A stretch of DNA of 64,000 bases from NCBI GenBank assembly GCA_951406725.2, contig OX597823.1:96100001-96164000 (forward strand). Reading direction: 5' to 3'. This document shows positions 1 through 13,183 of the stretch, piece by piece. The position numbers and the translations under genes were made by a program. The DNA is from Octopus vulgaris. Taxonomy: Eukaryota. The notes under the pieces are model-generated. The model saw nothing but the letters and a program-made list of their open reading frames with translations, searched no databases and was not told where the DNA came from. The stretch's first letter is position 1, and each line of letters begins with the position of its first letter.

Positions 1-2116
1 AAAAGACATACAAAATTCAGACATTTGATCAACAGATTCTTGTCTTAATAATCAAATCTTCAAAATTATCTGTCCATTTTAGAGTGATCATGAGAAAAAA
101 CCCAAAAAAAGCTAAAAGCAAAAAAGAAGAAAAAAAGCTAAAAGAGAAAAAGTTGTTTTTTCTTTTTTCTTTGCTGCTCTTCAAGGGATGGGGGGTGGGT
201 AGAACCCCTGACTCTCATAGACCCTTTGTTACTGGTGAGAGAATGATGGTGTTAATGGTCAGCCTTTTAGATGTAATCTGATTTATTTTAAGGTTGTGCT
301 TTCACCAGAACCCTAACCCTCAGTGACAGTGAGGCCCAGCATTTAGAGTAGCTGTAAGGGTTGTGATGTCGTACCAACATGTTTAGTGGGTGGTGAAGGG
401 GTATTTTCTTGATAGTGTTTCAGGTTTTTTACTGTTAAGAGACAAGGTTGTTGTGGTTGGCCCTGTTAGAGCATGGTCCCAGAATGTCTTTTCAGGGATT
501 CAATGCAGGTTTGATGTTTGGTGTCTAAGTTGTGTGTGGTGATGTCTGTTAAGAGAATGCTTAGGTGGAATGAAGGGTCATGTTGTTTGGATGAGAATGT
601 TGTTGGAAGTTTTGGCATTGATGTAGAGGAGGGGGTGGGGAAATGAGGGACAGAATTGACCCCCGAGCATGGTTGAGGGTCGGGCAGATAGCATGCCATC
701 AACACATGACATAACAGTGCCTTCTGATTTCTACTCGACAAAATATCTTTGTAGGCAGCAAATTTCCTTAACAAGGACAAACCCTGAAATCATTGACTCT
801 GTATGGCAGCAGTCTTTTGCTCCTTTGAAGTGATCAGTGTCTAAAAGACTTTCTCAACCCCAGAGCTCATTAATTTCTTGTTATTGGATCCTGTTGAGTT
901 AATTAGCACTGTCTAATTTGGGGCCAACTATGGAACTGTGTATACGTTGAATCTCCAACTACATTCTACACTCAACCAATTTTGACCTGTTGACTCCCTT
1001 TGATCCCTATTTCACTCTAATGAATTCTTGGAACCATTCACTGTTTAAAAAATTCCTCTTATATTTTTATAATTAAATATTATATAAAAATATTTAAAAT
1101 ATTTTTTTTTATTGTAGAATCAAGACCAATTTATTATTTATTAATTTTATGCCCCCCCCCCTCAGGTCATATGAACTTTGGCTGAGAATCCCTGCTCTTA
1201 ATCTTTGCTATAAGTTTACCTGAAAAGTTAAGATTATGCTATTATTTATACAAGGACAAACTCAAAACAATGGGAATATGGAGTTATTCATTCCATTATA
1301 GATTGTATTCTTTGCACCACAACAAAAGTTTCTCCATTTTTTTCTTCTTTGTTGTCTCAATTATCCTTTCTATCAACTTTCCCACACAGCCATTTTTTAA
1401 AAAAACTGCTTTCTTTCTTCCAAATTCTTCATTTCATTCTTTTGAACTCCTTCTTCAAACTTATTTTTTCGTTCACAATATCCAATTTCGACATTTTTTT
1501 TTTTACTTTTTATCTTAGAGTAAAATAGGTTCTTTCTTTCTTTCCTTTCTTCCTGGCAATCCCCACTACCACCACTCTCCATCCAAAATTGAACTGGCCC
1601 TGGATTAATCCCTTGCATGTGGTATTAAAATAAATCTTTATTCTTGGGTTTACTCACATGTGTCAAGACACATGTATGTACAAAGGGCCACTTTTATCTA
1701 TCTTATTACTTTGTCATTTGATTGGGAAAAGGAATTAATTCTGCTCTTTAGGACCTAATTTTACTCTTTCAGTTAAACATTCAAACCAGACTTTTCACGT
1801 CTCTTAAAAACAAAAGATTATATCTTTTATTGTTTGTTTTATTTAGTTAATAAAGTCAGTCCCATGAATTTTCCTTTTTTTTTTTTTTTTCGTTGAATAC
1901 AAATGGTAAATTGTTTGCAAAAGACAAATATTTCTCCTGAGTCTTAATCTTGGAAGTGTGGAGAGAATTAAAATGACATTTAAATTTCAGTGTTTTCTAA
2001 AAGTTATTACTATTTGTGTGATAATTGTAATCATTAAAAAACAAATTGCATTTAAAAATTAACTGTTGCCTTAATTTCTCATATTGTGTATTGTAGAATT
2101 TACAGTCTTGCAAATA

Positions 2117-2663
2117 TTAGGTTGTCTGGAAAGTTCTGACCTTTGTTTTTAATTTGCGGAAAGTGATATATTTCATGAACCATGCTTTTAGAAATTTCCA
2201 GCTCCTCTGCAAGTTCTCTCATTGTCATATTTGAGTTTCCTTTGATTTTTGCCATCAAAACATCTTCATCCCATTTTGAAGGTCTTCCCTCTCTGCAACT
2301 GTCATCTTCCAAGCCAAACTCTCCAGCTTGAAATTTTGCAAACCACCTTCAAACAGTTAATTCACCTACAACATCATCATCACCGTAATCTTCACAAATG
2401 TTTTTGCAAGTCTTTGCAACATTTTCTCCTTTTTTAAAAATGAAAAGCATTACAATGCGAATATGAAATTTTGGGTTCTCCATTTCAAATGTCAATAAAG
2501 GGGAATCAGAATGAAGGATAAATCTGTTTTTAATCAAGAACAAAGAAGAGATGCACCACCACTTCAAGCAATGCCAAAGTTTTAACTGTTACGTTTCAGG
2601 TGTGTTCAATGAAGTGTTAATGGATTTAGCTTGAAAACACTCAGAACTTTCCGGATAACCTAA
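2117..2663 (-). mobile_element. Internally deleted mariner (Tc1/mariner) DNA transposon
   Basis: 23-bp TIRs ttaggttgtctggaaagttctga (2117-2139) and tcagaactttccggataacctaa (2641-2663), each flanked by TA. Minus-strand remnants of the transposase N-terminal HTH domains (HIRIVMLFIFKKGENVAKTCKNIC; EGRPSKWDEDVL..MTMRELAEELEISKSMVHE). No DDD catalytic domain. Confidence 0.9.
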
Positions 2664-2854
2664 TACAGTGTAAAGATCATTTATTCAAATATGCTTAACA
2701 CACACACAAACACTCACTCATTTTCAATAATGGTTGAAGTAATTGTTCTCTGATCTCTTGTGTTTTGAAGAATTAGTGAGTTTCAAAGATGTCCACTACA
2801 ATATATTCTTGCATCTTAGTCTATCATCTTAATTTTTTTCTGTCTTTTTTGCAG

Positions 2855-2955
2855 ACCTGAAGAATGAACCTTACAGACGAGCGGATGCTTATCGACGGAG
2901 TCAGAGGCGCCGTGTGGAGGGCCTTATGCCATCTGGAAGAAGTGATGCATGCTGA
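2855..2955 (+). CDS. FMNL: Terminal coding exon of a formin-like protein (FMNL/FRL family, C-terminal DAD/basic region)
   Basis: Strong acceptor ttttttgcag| at 2854. Phase-1 translation xLKNEPYRRADAYRRSQRRRVEGLMPSGRSDAC* resembles the FMNL2 C-terminus recalled as DLRNQPYRRADAVRRSVRRR. Upstream exons lie outside the window. Confidence 0.8.
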
Positions 2956-3260
2956 TCAGTAAATAATTTGTAGTCATTATCACCACTACCACAGTAACAA
3001 TAATGCCGGGAGGAGGAGAGGGGACGCCGATGATGATGATGATGATGACGATGACAATGATGATGCCTGAGGCATTAACATTAGTTTGTTTTTTTTGTTG
3101 TTGTTGTCTTCATCGTCACAACTTTTTTTATTTTAATTTGAACCATCATCACCAAATTCATATTTCTGTGTTTAAACTCGTTAAGGCAAACTCATTAGTC
3201 GTCTTGATGAGACACTCGTATATGTACATACACACACCGACATATATGCACATACATAGA

Positions 3261-3310
<50 letters not shown>

Positions 3311-3555
3311 TGCACAGATGTGTATGTGTGTGTGTGTGTGTGCATATATATGTGTGTATGTGGATGTCCCCACAGCATGGGAGTGTTATGTTCCTGAAAG
3401 TCTTACCTTAATGTGTAATTCCCTAATGAGAAATAGATTTAACATTGTGGAATTAGGCGCTATGGCAAGATTTTCTGCTATGCAACTCTCCCCTGATGCC
3501 GGGGGGGAATGCTTGTTTAAACATACACGTGTATGTGAGTGTGTGTGTGTGTGTG

Positions 3556-3593
<38 letters not shown>

Positions 3594-6500
3594 CATACAC
3601 ACGCACACACATACACCTATTATACATACATGCACATACCCATTACTTGTCATTCTTTATTTTCATTTGGAACTAAATGACTACTCATACACCAGAAGAT
3701 CGCCATCTGGTCCAAAATATACCCTCCCACACACACACACACATATATATACATTCACCTTTAATAACTGTCCTGTTTGTGATTTCTGTAATCATATACA
3801 ATTAGGTCTCTATTCTGGTCAAACTCACCCTCGTAGGTGTCCTTCGTGATTTTCTCTAGTCAAGTCACCCTAGTCAATGCGATTTCAGCTTGTTTTTTTG
3901 AAACAGGCTTGATTCTTCCTTTTCTGTGGCCGGATGCCTCTCCTTAATTCGTGTCAGTTTTCCATTTGAAATCCTTGTCTTTTCAAACATGGCTCTCACT
4001 ACTGACAACTACAAACTTTTTCTGCTTCATTTGTACGACGTTTTAAGAAATCCATATTAATTTATTTTTTACTAGCCAACATTTTCTTGTTCTCTGTCTG
4101 CCATTTCAAGCTAGTACTGCAGGAGACCAAATTCTGCCCTGGAAGAAATTTGCCTGTGTATATACTTTGAAATGTAATGAAGTTTACCATTAAAATGCCA
4201 AAAAAATAAATAAAACCGAAAAAAGAAACCAACCAACTCAAAAAAAAAAATGGATTCTGGTAATAACATCAGCACAGAACGTCTTTGGTTTTGTGATTTC
4301 ATTCATTCTTCCATATCTTTGTTGTTGTTTTTGAAATTTTTTGCTTTTTCAAGGAATTCTAAGAATTGAATAGTTTTGTTTTTGTTTTTTTTTTTTGAAG
4401 TTTTTGTTTTGTTTTGTTTTGTTGTTTTGTATTTCGAAAGAGAAGATCTTGATAAATATTTCCTTATTGTATTATTATTATTATTATTCCATCTCGGTTT
4501 GATGCCGCCAGACCTTGAAAAGGTTGTCCTCTTGAAATAGTTTCCTTCAATGTAGTAACTTCTTTTTTAAACTTCATTCCAGACATTTATTTATTTTTAA
4601 TTATTTTTTGTTACTTTGTTTTGTATATTTTTATCCCCCCTCCCCAAATTCCTAATATCAATCTGTTTTCCTAGCCCCTAATCCTCCCCTAATATCAATG
4701 ACAATTGTATGGTTTTGATCTTCCTTTCATCCCTGCCATTTTTTGCTTCCTTTTGTTTTTTTTGTTTATTTTGTATTTATGTCTCTCTCTCTATGTTATA
4801 AAACATCAGCTGTTTGTGACAAATACATTTATTGTGAGGATCCAACTCGTGTTTTTTTTGTTTTCTTCTCTCCAAAGATTTTGCTTTTCTTTGTGTCCTT
4901 TCAATTCCAGTAGCTTTTTTTTTTTTTTTTTCTGTGAATTTTCGTTTGCTTTCATCTTCATCACTGCCAACCAACAGTCCCAGAGTTTCAGAAATTGTTC
5001 TTTCGAAATGTCTCCAAATAATATGGGGCCATTCCAAACTCCAAACACCTTACCACCAACACAACTAGTCAACTGAAAAACTCTAGTTTAGGCAGATCCC
5101 GAGAAAGGGTTGGTTATTTATTGCAGTACCTGACCACATTCTGGTATGAACTAGTCAACTAGTAACCTTCAGGTAAAACTGTTCTTTACAAGCGTCTCGT
5201 TGTCACGTCTGCCAGTGGAATAGCTTAGATAGACGCATCCAATAAAACACCAGTCTGGTTGTCACCTTGTTTTAACAGGATTAGATTAACAGGAATCCTT
5301 AGCCAGAGATGTGTCACAATCAATAAGACATCTTCTTCCAGGAACTTTGAGATCCCTTAATCAACAGAGACCAATGTTTAGAATATATTTTTTTGACAAC
5401 ATTGAAGTAAATATGGTCTCCATGAAACATTGTGACCTCTTCCCTTCAAAACAGAAGAAGACGGAACTAGAATCGGTTCATTTGTCTTGGTTGGGAGAAA
5501 TTTCTTCAGGTAAATGAAATTCTCCAAAAGCTGGAATGGAAACAAAACATTTCTTTTTTCACTTTGCTTGCTCTCTTGTGTGTGTTTTTTAAAATTTCTG
5601 TAGAAAACTTGCCCCTCCATTTTTTTTTGTCATGTTAGTGTTTTAATTAATGTTTTGAAATTAAGTTTAGCTTGATTGAATGTTTTGTGTTGCTTTCAAA
5701 TTAACACCAGATTTCTGGTGGTTTGTCTCTTAAATTCTGGTGCAAAATGCCATGGTGCAACCATTTTTGCATCAACTGCATGCTGTGTTTGTTCCAGTTG
5801 TTTGTCAATGTTGTAAACATTACATAACAAAGTTATTAACATTTAATCAAGAATTTTTAATGTCTTTACTGTTGTTGTTATTGTTGTCTTAATTACAGCA
5901 TCTTGATGCTGTGGCGGAAACCATTCTTCTGCCTTTAACTCTTTGCTTGGAAATAATGTTTTAGCAATAATAAGTTTTACATACAACAGTGAGTATGTAG
6001 GAATTTCAGAAAGTTTTATTTATCTCTGGAAGTTGCACCTGAGTTTAGAGAATGGCCATTAGCACCAGGAAAGGCATCAGCACCCCAACTTCTACTCTTG
6101 TCCTTCGTAAACCTGGAGTTTCCTGTTGAAAAAGAGATTCTAGTTTTTAGTTTTGATGGTGGTGGTTACAGTAGGCACCACTGGAAGTGATAAACTGAGT
6201 CTAGAACTCATTTTTTGATTCTGTTGTGACTGTTTTGACTTCTGATGAAAGTAGAATGTCAAGATCGGAATTTTTTTTTTATTCCATAAAACTTTGGTTT
6301 ACAGATATTCTGGTGTGAGGAAATGGTGGATGGTCCATTGCACATCTGAGAATGAACCTTTTAGGAAATACCTAGAAAATGTAGACAAAAAATAATTCTA
6401 TATATTATTATAAAAATGATTATTTGTTACTTTGAAATAACGAATTTATCTGTTAATTAAAAATCTAATATTCATTAATCTGGTTACATGTATTTTGGGT

Positions 6501-8984
6501 TTTGAAATTGGAATCTTAACCTTTGAGTGTTTGGAAGTGGTTCTGAGATGAATTATTTGTGGGGTGGGGTATTAGGCTGTTTAAGTGTTTATGAATAATT
6601 AATATTTCACTGCTAATGAAGTCTTTTTTATTGGTTACAATTAACGAACTTGTTTTTCCTTGCTTCATTCTACAAAATTAGACACAACCAACCAAGCATT
6701 GTTTTCTAATTTTGGTAACTTTTAAGTAATTGACAACTGAATAGTCCACCAAATTAACTTCAAACTACTTCTTTCAGACAACAGTGTTTAACTGAAAGTG
6801 GCTTCAATTGTACAAATGCTAATCTGTTGACTACATGGTCAAGAGTTCAAACCTTACTGTAGCCATTGTGCTGTGCCCCTAGTTAAGGGACATCAATCTG
6901 TCTAACCTTTTAGCTTTCAGATTACTCTGTCAAATGATGCTTATTTATTCACACTGGTTTGTATTCATCAAGCATTATCTCATAGCTTCAAGATTTCATT
7001 TGATGTGATTGCTTTATCCTGAAAATGACATTGTAGGGTAGGTGTGAGAGGCTGGATCTGGTCAGTTTGAATGCAAAGTAGATTGAGTATTTTGGCCAGA
7101 TATGGTCAGTTTAAAGCGCTAAAGGGCAAAAGTTGTTAGATATACAACAACAATAGAAGGTGGTGTCTTATTATTTGTCCTTTCAGCAAAATAAAGTTAA
7201 CAAAGTTTAACTTTCTTGTATTATCAGGAAACTTTCATAACTCTATAAATTTTCTAGATCTTTCCATCCAAAGTTCTCAAATTAAAAATTTAAACTGATG
7301 ATAATTGAAATGAAGGGGAATTGTCAGTATTAAACTCTGAACCCTTTATATAACCCGGTCTCAGCTTGTTGGCCCTCATTTTTCTAGTCCAGGCTCTTCT
7401 TAGCTTTATAGTAATATTTTTTTCTTTTAAACTGACATAGGAAATGGTCTGAATAGACTGTCTTCTTCCAGTCGAAGTGTTTCTCTCTTCTCTTTCCATA
7501 TTTCTAATGGGATTCTCTGTGTTTCAGGGAATTTTGAAAATCAACCATTTGCAATTGGGATTTAATTAAATGACTTTGTTCATTTCGTGCTACATTAATC
7601 TGATGTTTAGAACTTAACAAAAGATCTTCACATAAAAATATGAACGTTAGGTGAGGGTTTTTTTTATCAAAAGAACCTGGGTACCACGAGGAATTATTCT
7701 GCCATTTTTTTCTTTCCACCAGTCAGTTAGTTCTATTTATTTCAGAATGTGGCATGAAGGATTCCTAAATTGTCATTCTTCTGAAATCTCTTCTTTGCTT
7801 CTCTCATTTTCTGTTCTGTTTTACATTTAATCTATATTTTGCATTTTTGTGGTTAGACTCTCAGACAGAATTGTGATCATCTTTGCTGCCAAATGAAATT
7901 CGTTTCCATTGATCTGGCTCAGTTATTTTCTCAGTTATGTTAGGACTTGTTCTCAAATCTCTGAAATTATTCTCTGTGAAAGAGAAAAGAAAATCGACAA
8001 AGTTCCTTCTGTTGATTATTTTTTTCATTGTTTTCATTCATCAAAGAATTTTGTTTCCATCAGTATTATTGCTATGATTATGAGTGTCATGATTATCATT
8101 AGTGTTGAAGGGGAAATGAAGAAATATTATTGCAGTAACACACCTGATTCCTTTCAATTGCCAATTTCCATGGTAAAACCATTCCCTTCATTTGCTAAGC
8201 GTCTTGGTAAAAAAAGAAAAATAACCCTTCATTATTTCCATTCCTGTTTTTCTTTTGTAAATTACAGGTTTGTGTCTCCATATCTAAGACCTCTTTTTAC
8301 TGGATCTGATACCCTCCCCCATCACACAGTATTACAGCTCTCTGATGCCAAAATTTTCTGTCTTGTCTGTCATCAAAGACCTTTTGTTCTCTTCTCAATG
8401 TACAAGTTCTGATTCTTTTGTCAGTATTATCTCACCAATTTGCATTTAGTTTCTTGATGACCAAACAATGTTGGCAGCTACCCCCAACCCTGTCTCACAC
8501 TGATAAACTGGATCATCAAGATCTTCATTAAACCCGCAAAAGTTCATCTCTTCAAATGGAAATCAAAACTAAAGATTTAAAAAAAAAAAAATTTTCAAAA
8601 TTTTATTTTTAAAAAAATCAAATTTTTTAAAAATTAAATTTTGTTTCAGAGAGAAAAAAAAAAGCAAAACTTTATCTTTTCTCAAAACTAAATATATGTG
8701 TATGTGTGTGTGATTCTATGCTGGGATATGTCTCGTTCTCTTGGCTATCCATTTCTATATTACTTTTTCATGCTTAATTATCTGTAAAATTGTGATATTA
8801 TTACTATCATTATTATTACTGTTATCATTATTATTATTGTTGTTGCTGTTCGTAGTGGTGAAATGGGGAAACAGTTGTGCAGCATGGATGTATTGTGGAG
8901 TTACTGTTTGTTGCTACGCATGGTGTTGCCATTGCTCATGGGCTGACATGGTCTTACTCTGACTGCTGCTGTTGCTTTATCTAG

Positions 8985-9190
8985 AGAAGGTAAGCTCCCC
9001 ACCCCCAGACCCCTACGTGTCACATGTAGCCATGAGTAAACTCCAAAGCCACGGCAGTAACTACATTAACAGACAAAGCTTCACAGAATGGCTCCAATTT
9101 AGAAACGATGAGAGTGCCACCACCTCAACACGCTGCCTTCCTGGCTCTGTATGTAAGTCCTGCGACCTAACAAACAGCGTAGACATCTAA
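8985..9190 (+). CDS. Candidate alternative last coding exon of the FMNL gene
   Basis: Acceptor gttgctttatctag| at 8984 has the same phase (1) as the 2855 exon. Open 67-codon, GC-richer frame (KVSSPPPDPYVSH...NSVDI*). Consensus donor AAG|GTGAG at 9261/9262. No recognised homology. Confidence 0.4.
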
Positions 9191-9478
9191 TACAGACACT
9201 AGCTCTGACCTGTTCCACTCCACAGGCCTAGTTAAATGACACTATATTTGTCGGCCATAAGGTGAGCTGCTCTTCTACAATTTCCTTTAAACTCTCCCAC
9301 CTTCTTATCTTCTCTCCCTCTTTGGCTATTTAACATCACTTTGATTTCTCTTAAACAACGACAAAAATATAAAGAAAACCTGTTTTTTCTTTACTTATCC
9401 TTGACCCTTATTTATCAACTTTTATCTTAATTTCTTCTTCTTTACCAAAATCTTCTTTTTCCAAATAAACTAAACACA

Positions 9479-9510
<32 letters not shown>

Positions 9511-10476
9511 GGGTCTAAAATGTTCACCTCTCTTTCTGTGTTTCCTTCCCTCAGATGACCAATTCCTGAATTCCTTACCTAATTCTTCCTTAATTGCTTC
9601 TCCTTGTCATTTATTCCTTTTCCCATAAAACTGCACATTTTTTCTTGTTTTGCTTTTCTAAACAGTCATTTGTTTTACCCAAACCTCTTCCAATTCTTTA
9701 CTTTCATGATTTAAGGACCATTATTACTCTTTCCCTTTTTCTCCCATTTTTTTTTTTGTATTTAATCTGTCTCTCAGTATTGGTTATAGAACTTATTCTC
9801 TGGTGCTGAACTCTAACATAATGGTCAGCTTTAATTGTAAGACGATAACAATGAGAATTGTCTCAACTAATCACAAATTTATTTTCTTTGTTTTCAACCA
9901 GTTTCGTCTTCCTCAAAAAATAATTTTTTCTCTTTTCATCGATAGAAATGTTATCTTTTAGTTGGCAAAGTAATTTTAGAATCAAATTCTTGTAGCAATT
10001 TGATTCTGTGATTGGTTTTGATTGTTTAAAATCATTTCACTTCTATTACTAATGCTCCAGGGGAAACCCAAATTCCTATTTCTACATAAAATGGTAGTGC
10101 CAGGATTTGGAGAAAATAGTGATTTCCTGTGAAAATTTGTTATCATCATCTCCATCTGAACAGCTTGAAGGATTGGAGGAGTTTTTTGCCTTACCACAAT
10201 TTGATTGCCTTATTGGAGTCTTATTTTAAAATACAATCATCCTTTGTCCTGTTGAAGAATTCTGGGCTTCCAACTCCTTATTTTTCTGCTTAGTGAATTC
10301 TGTAATATTCCTGGTCTTTCCAATGAAAGACTAAATAGTCATCCATTTGGCAAAAAAATTGTTTGCTAATTGTTTTACTTAAGTAAACACTATCATTATT
10401 ATTATTATTTAAAATTCTGCTCTAGATTATTTTCCTCTCTTCATTTCATTGATGAATGTCTTTCTAGTCAACAAAT

Positions 10477-10754
10477 TATTTACAATTGACGGACATTTGT
10501 CCTCATCTTGTTTGTTGTTAATTCAATGTTTCAGCTGATATACCCTCCAGCCTTCATCAGGTGTCTTGGGGAAATTTCGAACTTGGTTTCTCATTCCTAA
10601 GGTATTTTTTGATGTTATTATTATTATTCAGGTCACTGCCTGGAATCAAACTCGTAATCTTGGGGTTAGTAGCCCGCACCCTTAACCACTACACCATATG
10701 CCCTTAGATAATGTAAATAATGTACATAATTCCTATCTCTTAAATATAGAACTG
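10477..10754 (-). mobile_element. tRNA-headed SINE-like element carrying a degenerate hammerhead ribozyme
   Basis: 12-bp direct repeat tagtcaacaaat at 10465-10476 and 10755-10766 (TSD). tRNA-like segment 10703-10631 with A box TGGTGTAGTGG and B-box-like GAGTTTGATTCC. CTGATGA...GAAA core at 10560-10529. Confidence 0.7.
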
Positions 10755-10979
10755 TAGTCAACAAATGTTGCCCATTTCAGAAGTTTCTCTGCCAAACTTC
10801 ATCAAACAACCAAACACTTTCTCCACTCATTTGGTTAATTTATTAATTATATCACCTCATAATTAATTGCTGTAACACATCTTTTACAGCAAATAGTTTT
10901 GGCATTGAATTCCTGTGGTTTTGATGCCTCCTTTCAACCACTCAAGTTGCTAAGATGGGAAATTTCAGTGTTTTCGACG

Positions 10980-11017
<38 letters not shown>

Positions 11018-11190
11018 AACACACACTTACACATATATACATAGACACAGATAATAGAGCTAGATATGTTCAGTATAGAAAACATGTGGTAGTGCTCAAA
11101 TTGTGTTTATCTACATCATTACTTTATATATATGTTTCGTTTTTGGATTTGGTTTGCAAGATTCTTTATTTGAGTTCGTGTGTTGAAGCA

Positions 11191-11485
11191 TATTCTGTTG
11201 TCTGGGGAGAGTCATTTTCTTTTTGTGCCTTATAATGTAACACACTCACCAGTAAAATTTCCACTTTTTTTCTTATTTTTATTTTCCTAAATTTATTTTC
11301 ATTGCATATTGCAACCTTTTTAATTATCTTGCAAGTTGATCAGATCAACCCCAGTGTGAAGACTATTGAATAGGTTACAAGATGCAACGAAAATTTTAGG
11401 AAAATAAGAAAATAGTGGAAATTTTACCAGTGAGTGTGTTAAATAATAAGGCACAAAAAGAAAATGACTCTCCCCGGACACAAAA

Positions 11486-11490
<5 letters not shown>
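11191..11490. repeat. Imperfect inverted repeat (about 130-bp arms)
   Basis: ggggagagtcattttcttttttgtgcctta...acacactcaccagtaaaatttccact is mirrored by agtggaaattttaccagtgagtgtgt...taaggcacaaaaagaaaatgactctcccc. Confidence 0.85.
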
Positions 11491-11524
<34 letters not shown>

Positions 11525-11635
11525 AGTGTGTGAATATATATTTATATAAATAACGATAAGATCGTTATTTAAAACACTGATCATATCAAGTGGCTAGCAT
11601 GGGAATAAAAAATCTCATAGGTAATATTTATTATT

Positions 11636-11788
11636 AAAATTATAATGAAGGGTATCTAAAAGATACCAACATGCTAGAATAGCAGCCAAAACTTCACTCT
11701 AAAATCACATTAATGTGGTTTTAGAGTCAAGTTTTGGCTGCTATGTCTAGCATGGTGGTATCTTTTAGATACCCTTCATTATAATTTT
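11636..11788. repeat. Fold-back palindrome (about 75-bp arms)
   Basis: aaaattataatgaagggtatctaaaagatacca...cacattaatgtg...tggtatcttttagatacccttcattataatttt. Confidence 0.9.
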
Positions 11789-11844
11789 ATATATATATAT
11801 AACCCATGCTAGCATGGAAAGCAGATGTTGAACGATGATGATGT

Positions 11845-11895
<51 letters not shown>

Positions 11896-13183
11896 GTGCA
11901 TATATATGTAATGTTGTGTTCATGCATGTGTGTTTATGTCTCTTTTGACCGTTTGATTTCTTTGTGTAAAGATGCTAATTTCTTGATGGCATCATTGCCC
12001 AGCTGCAGATGACAAATGTCTTCCACAGATACACAACAGCAACATCTTCAGTTCTTCAGTTATATCTTCAGTCGTTCACTAATTTTCGGAACCATAGTTA
12101 ATATACAAGCTTATAATTCTTGTTAGTGAGTGGGTTTTGTATTCAGATTAACCGATGCCGGTCTGTGTGAGGTCTTCCAGCACTTGAAAACCATTCACTA
12201 TTCTTCTTTCAAATTGTAGAATTGGTCCTTTTCCCCTAAAAGCTTTGGTTGGAAGATTCCATCAACTCTAATGTCCATCCGCTGTTTCTAACCCTGGTGT
12301 CAAATGAATTAGATGTTACCTCATTGGGGCCCTTGGTTTTGATTGCTTCTAATCTCAACAGACATTGCAGATTGTTCGTGTTGAACTGATACTGGGACCA
12401 CACACAAATCTGTTTAGGAATTGAGAGAAAATTAATATTCGATAAGGATTGGTTCCAAATTTGGATCTGATGAAGTGAAATTTATTTGTAAGAAGAGTCT
12501 GTTATGCCACACCAGTTATCTTCTGGAAGGTGGTGATGCTTCACATCAGGAGAAAGGAAAGGAAATCTCAGTTCTTGACAAACTGAGAATAAAATGGATC
12601 ATGACTGGAATGGTTTTGATGGTTGGTCTGTAGAGATCCAGAGGACTTGGGACTAAGCAACCATCTGGAAGAAAACCAGACGGTTGTTTTAATTTGTAAA
12701 TCTTGAGGTGTGTTTTATGATAAAAACAAGAAAACTGTGACCAGAATAAAAGTTTGTGGAAGACTCTGTTGGACTTGCAGCTTCTGTGTTATTGGTTGGT
12801 TAAAGAAAAAAAGCACCTTGTTTTGTGGAATAACAGCAATAAGAGAACTGGACATTCAAGAGCTGCCATTTCTTCATAAGCACCTTTCAATGTTTATCAC
12901 TCATACTGGAGCAATTACATTATGAAATGCACACACACACACACACTTCTGTTTCACCTCTCTCTCTTTCTCTCTTCCATTGGCTCTTCCTCTTACAAAC
13001 AAACACACACCTCACTCTGTAAAAAGACAAACACTGTTTCATTTCTCACTCCCCCTCTTTTATGACTGTTAAAACCCTTTTAGATCGTTCCAATGAGATA
13101 CATCAGTTTCAAATTTTGTTCCCTTAGGTTTTGAGTTTTTAAAAAATTAAAATAAAAAGGACAAACTAATTGAATTAATTTTA

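Noticed and set aside
1-1030. GC-richer segment with a 104-aa ORF (466-780, -)
   Set aside because: No recognisable motif or splice-supported exon; possibly an old repeat, but unassignable by eye.
3003-3849. ORFs of up to 225 aa, and similar YIYI/CVCV/HTHT ORFs across the window
   Set aside because: They are translations of (TA)n, (TG)n and (ATG)n microsatellites, probably in UTR or intron; no protein-like content.
4111-4193. Another phase-1 FMNL terminal exon (STAGDQILPWKKFACVYTLKCNEVYH*)
   Set aside because: Has a pyrimidine tract but an AAG acceptor, is short, and has no recognisable homology; insufficient support.
10631-10703. Functional tRNA gene
   Set aside because: Acceptor and T stems pair poorly, and it lies inside a TSD-flanked element. 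SINE heads elsewhere are likewise not tRNAs.
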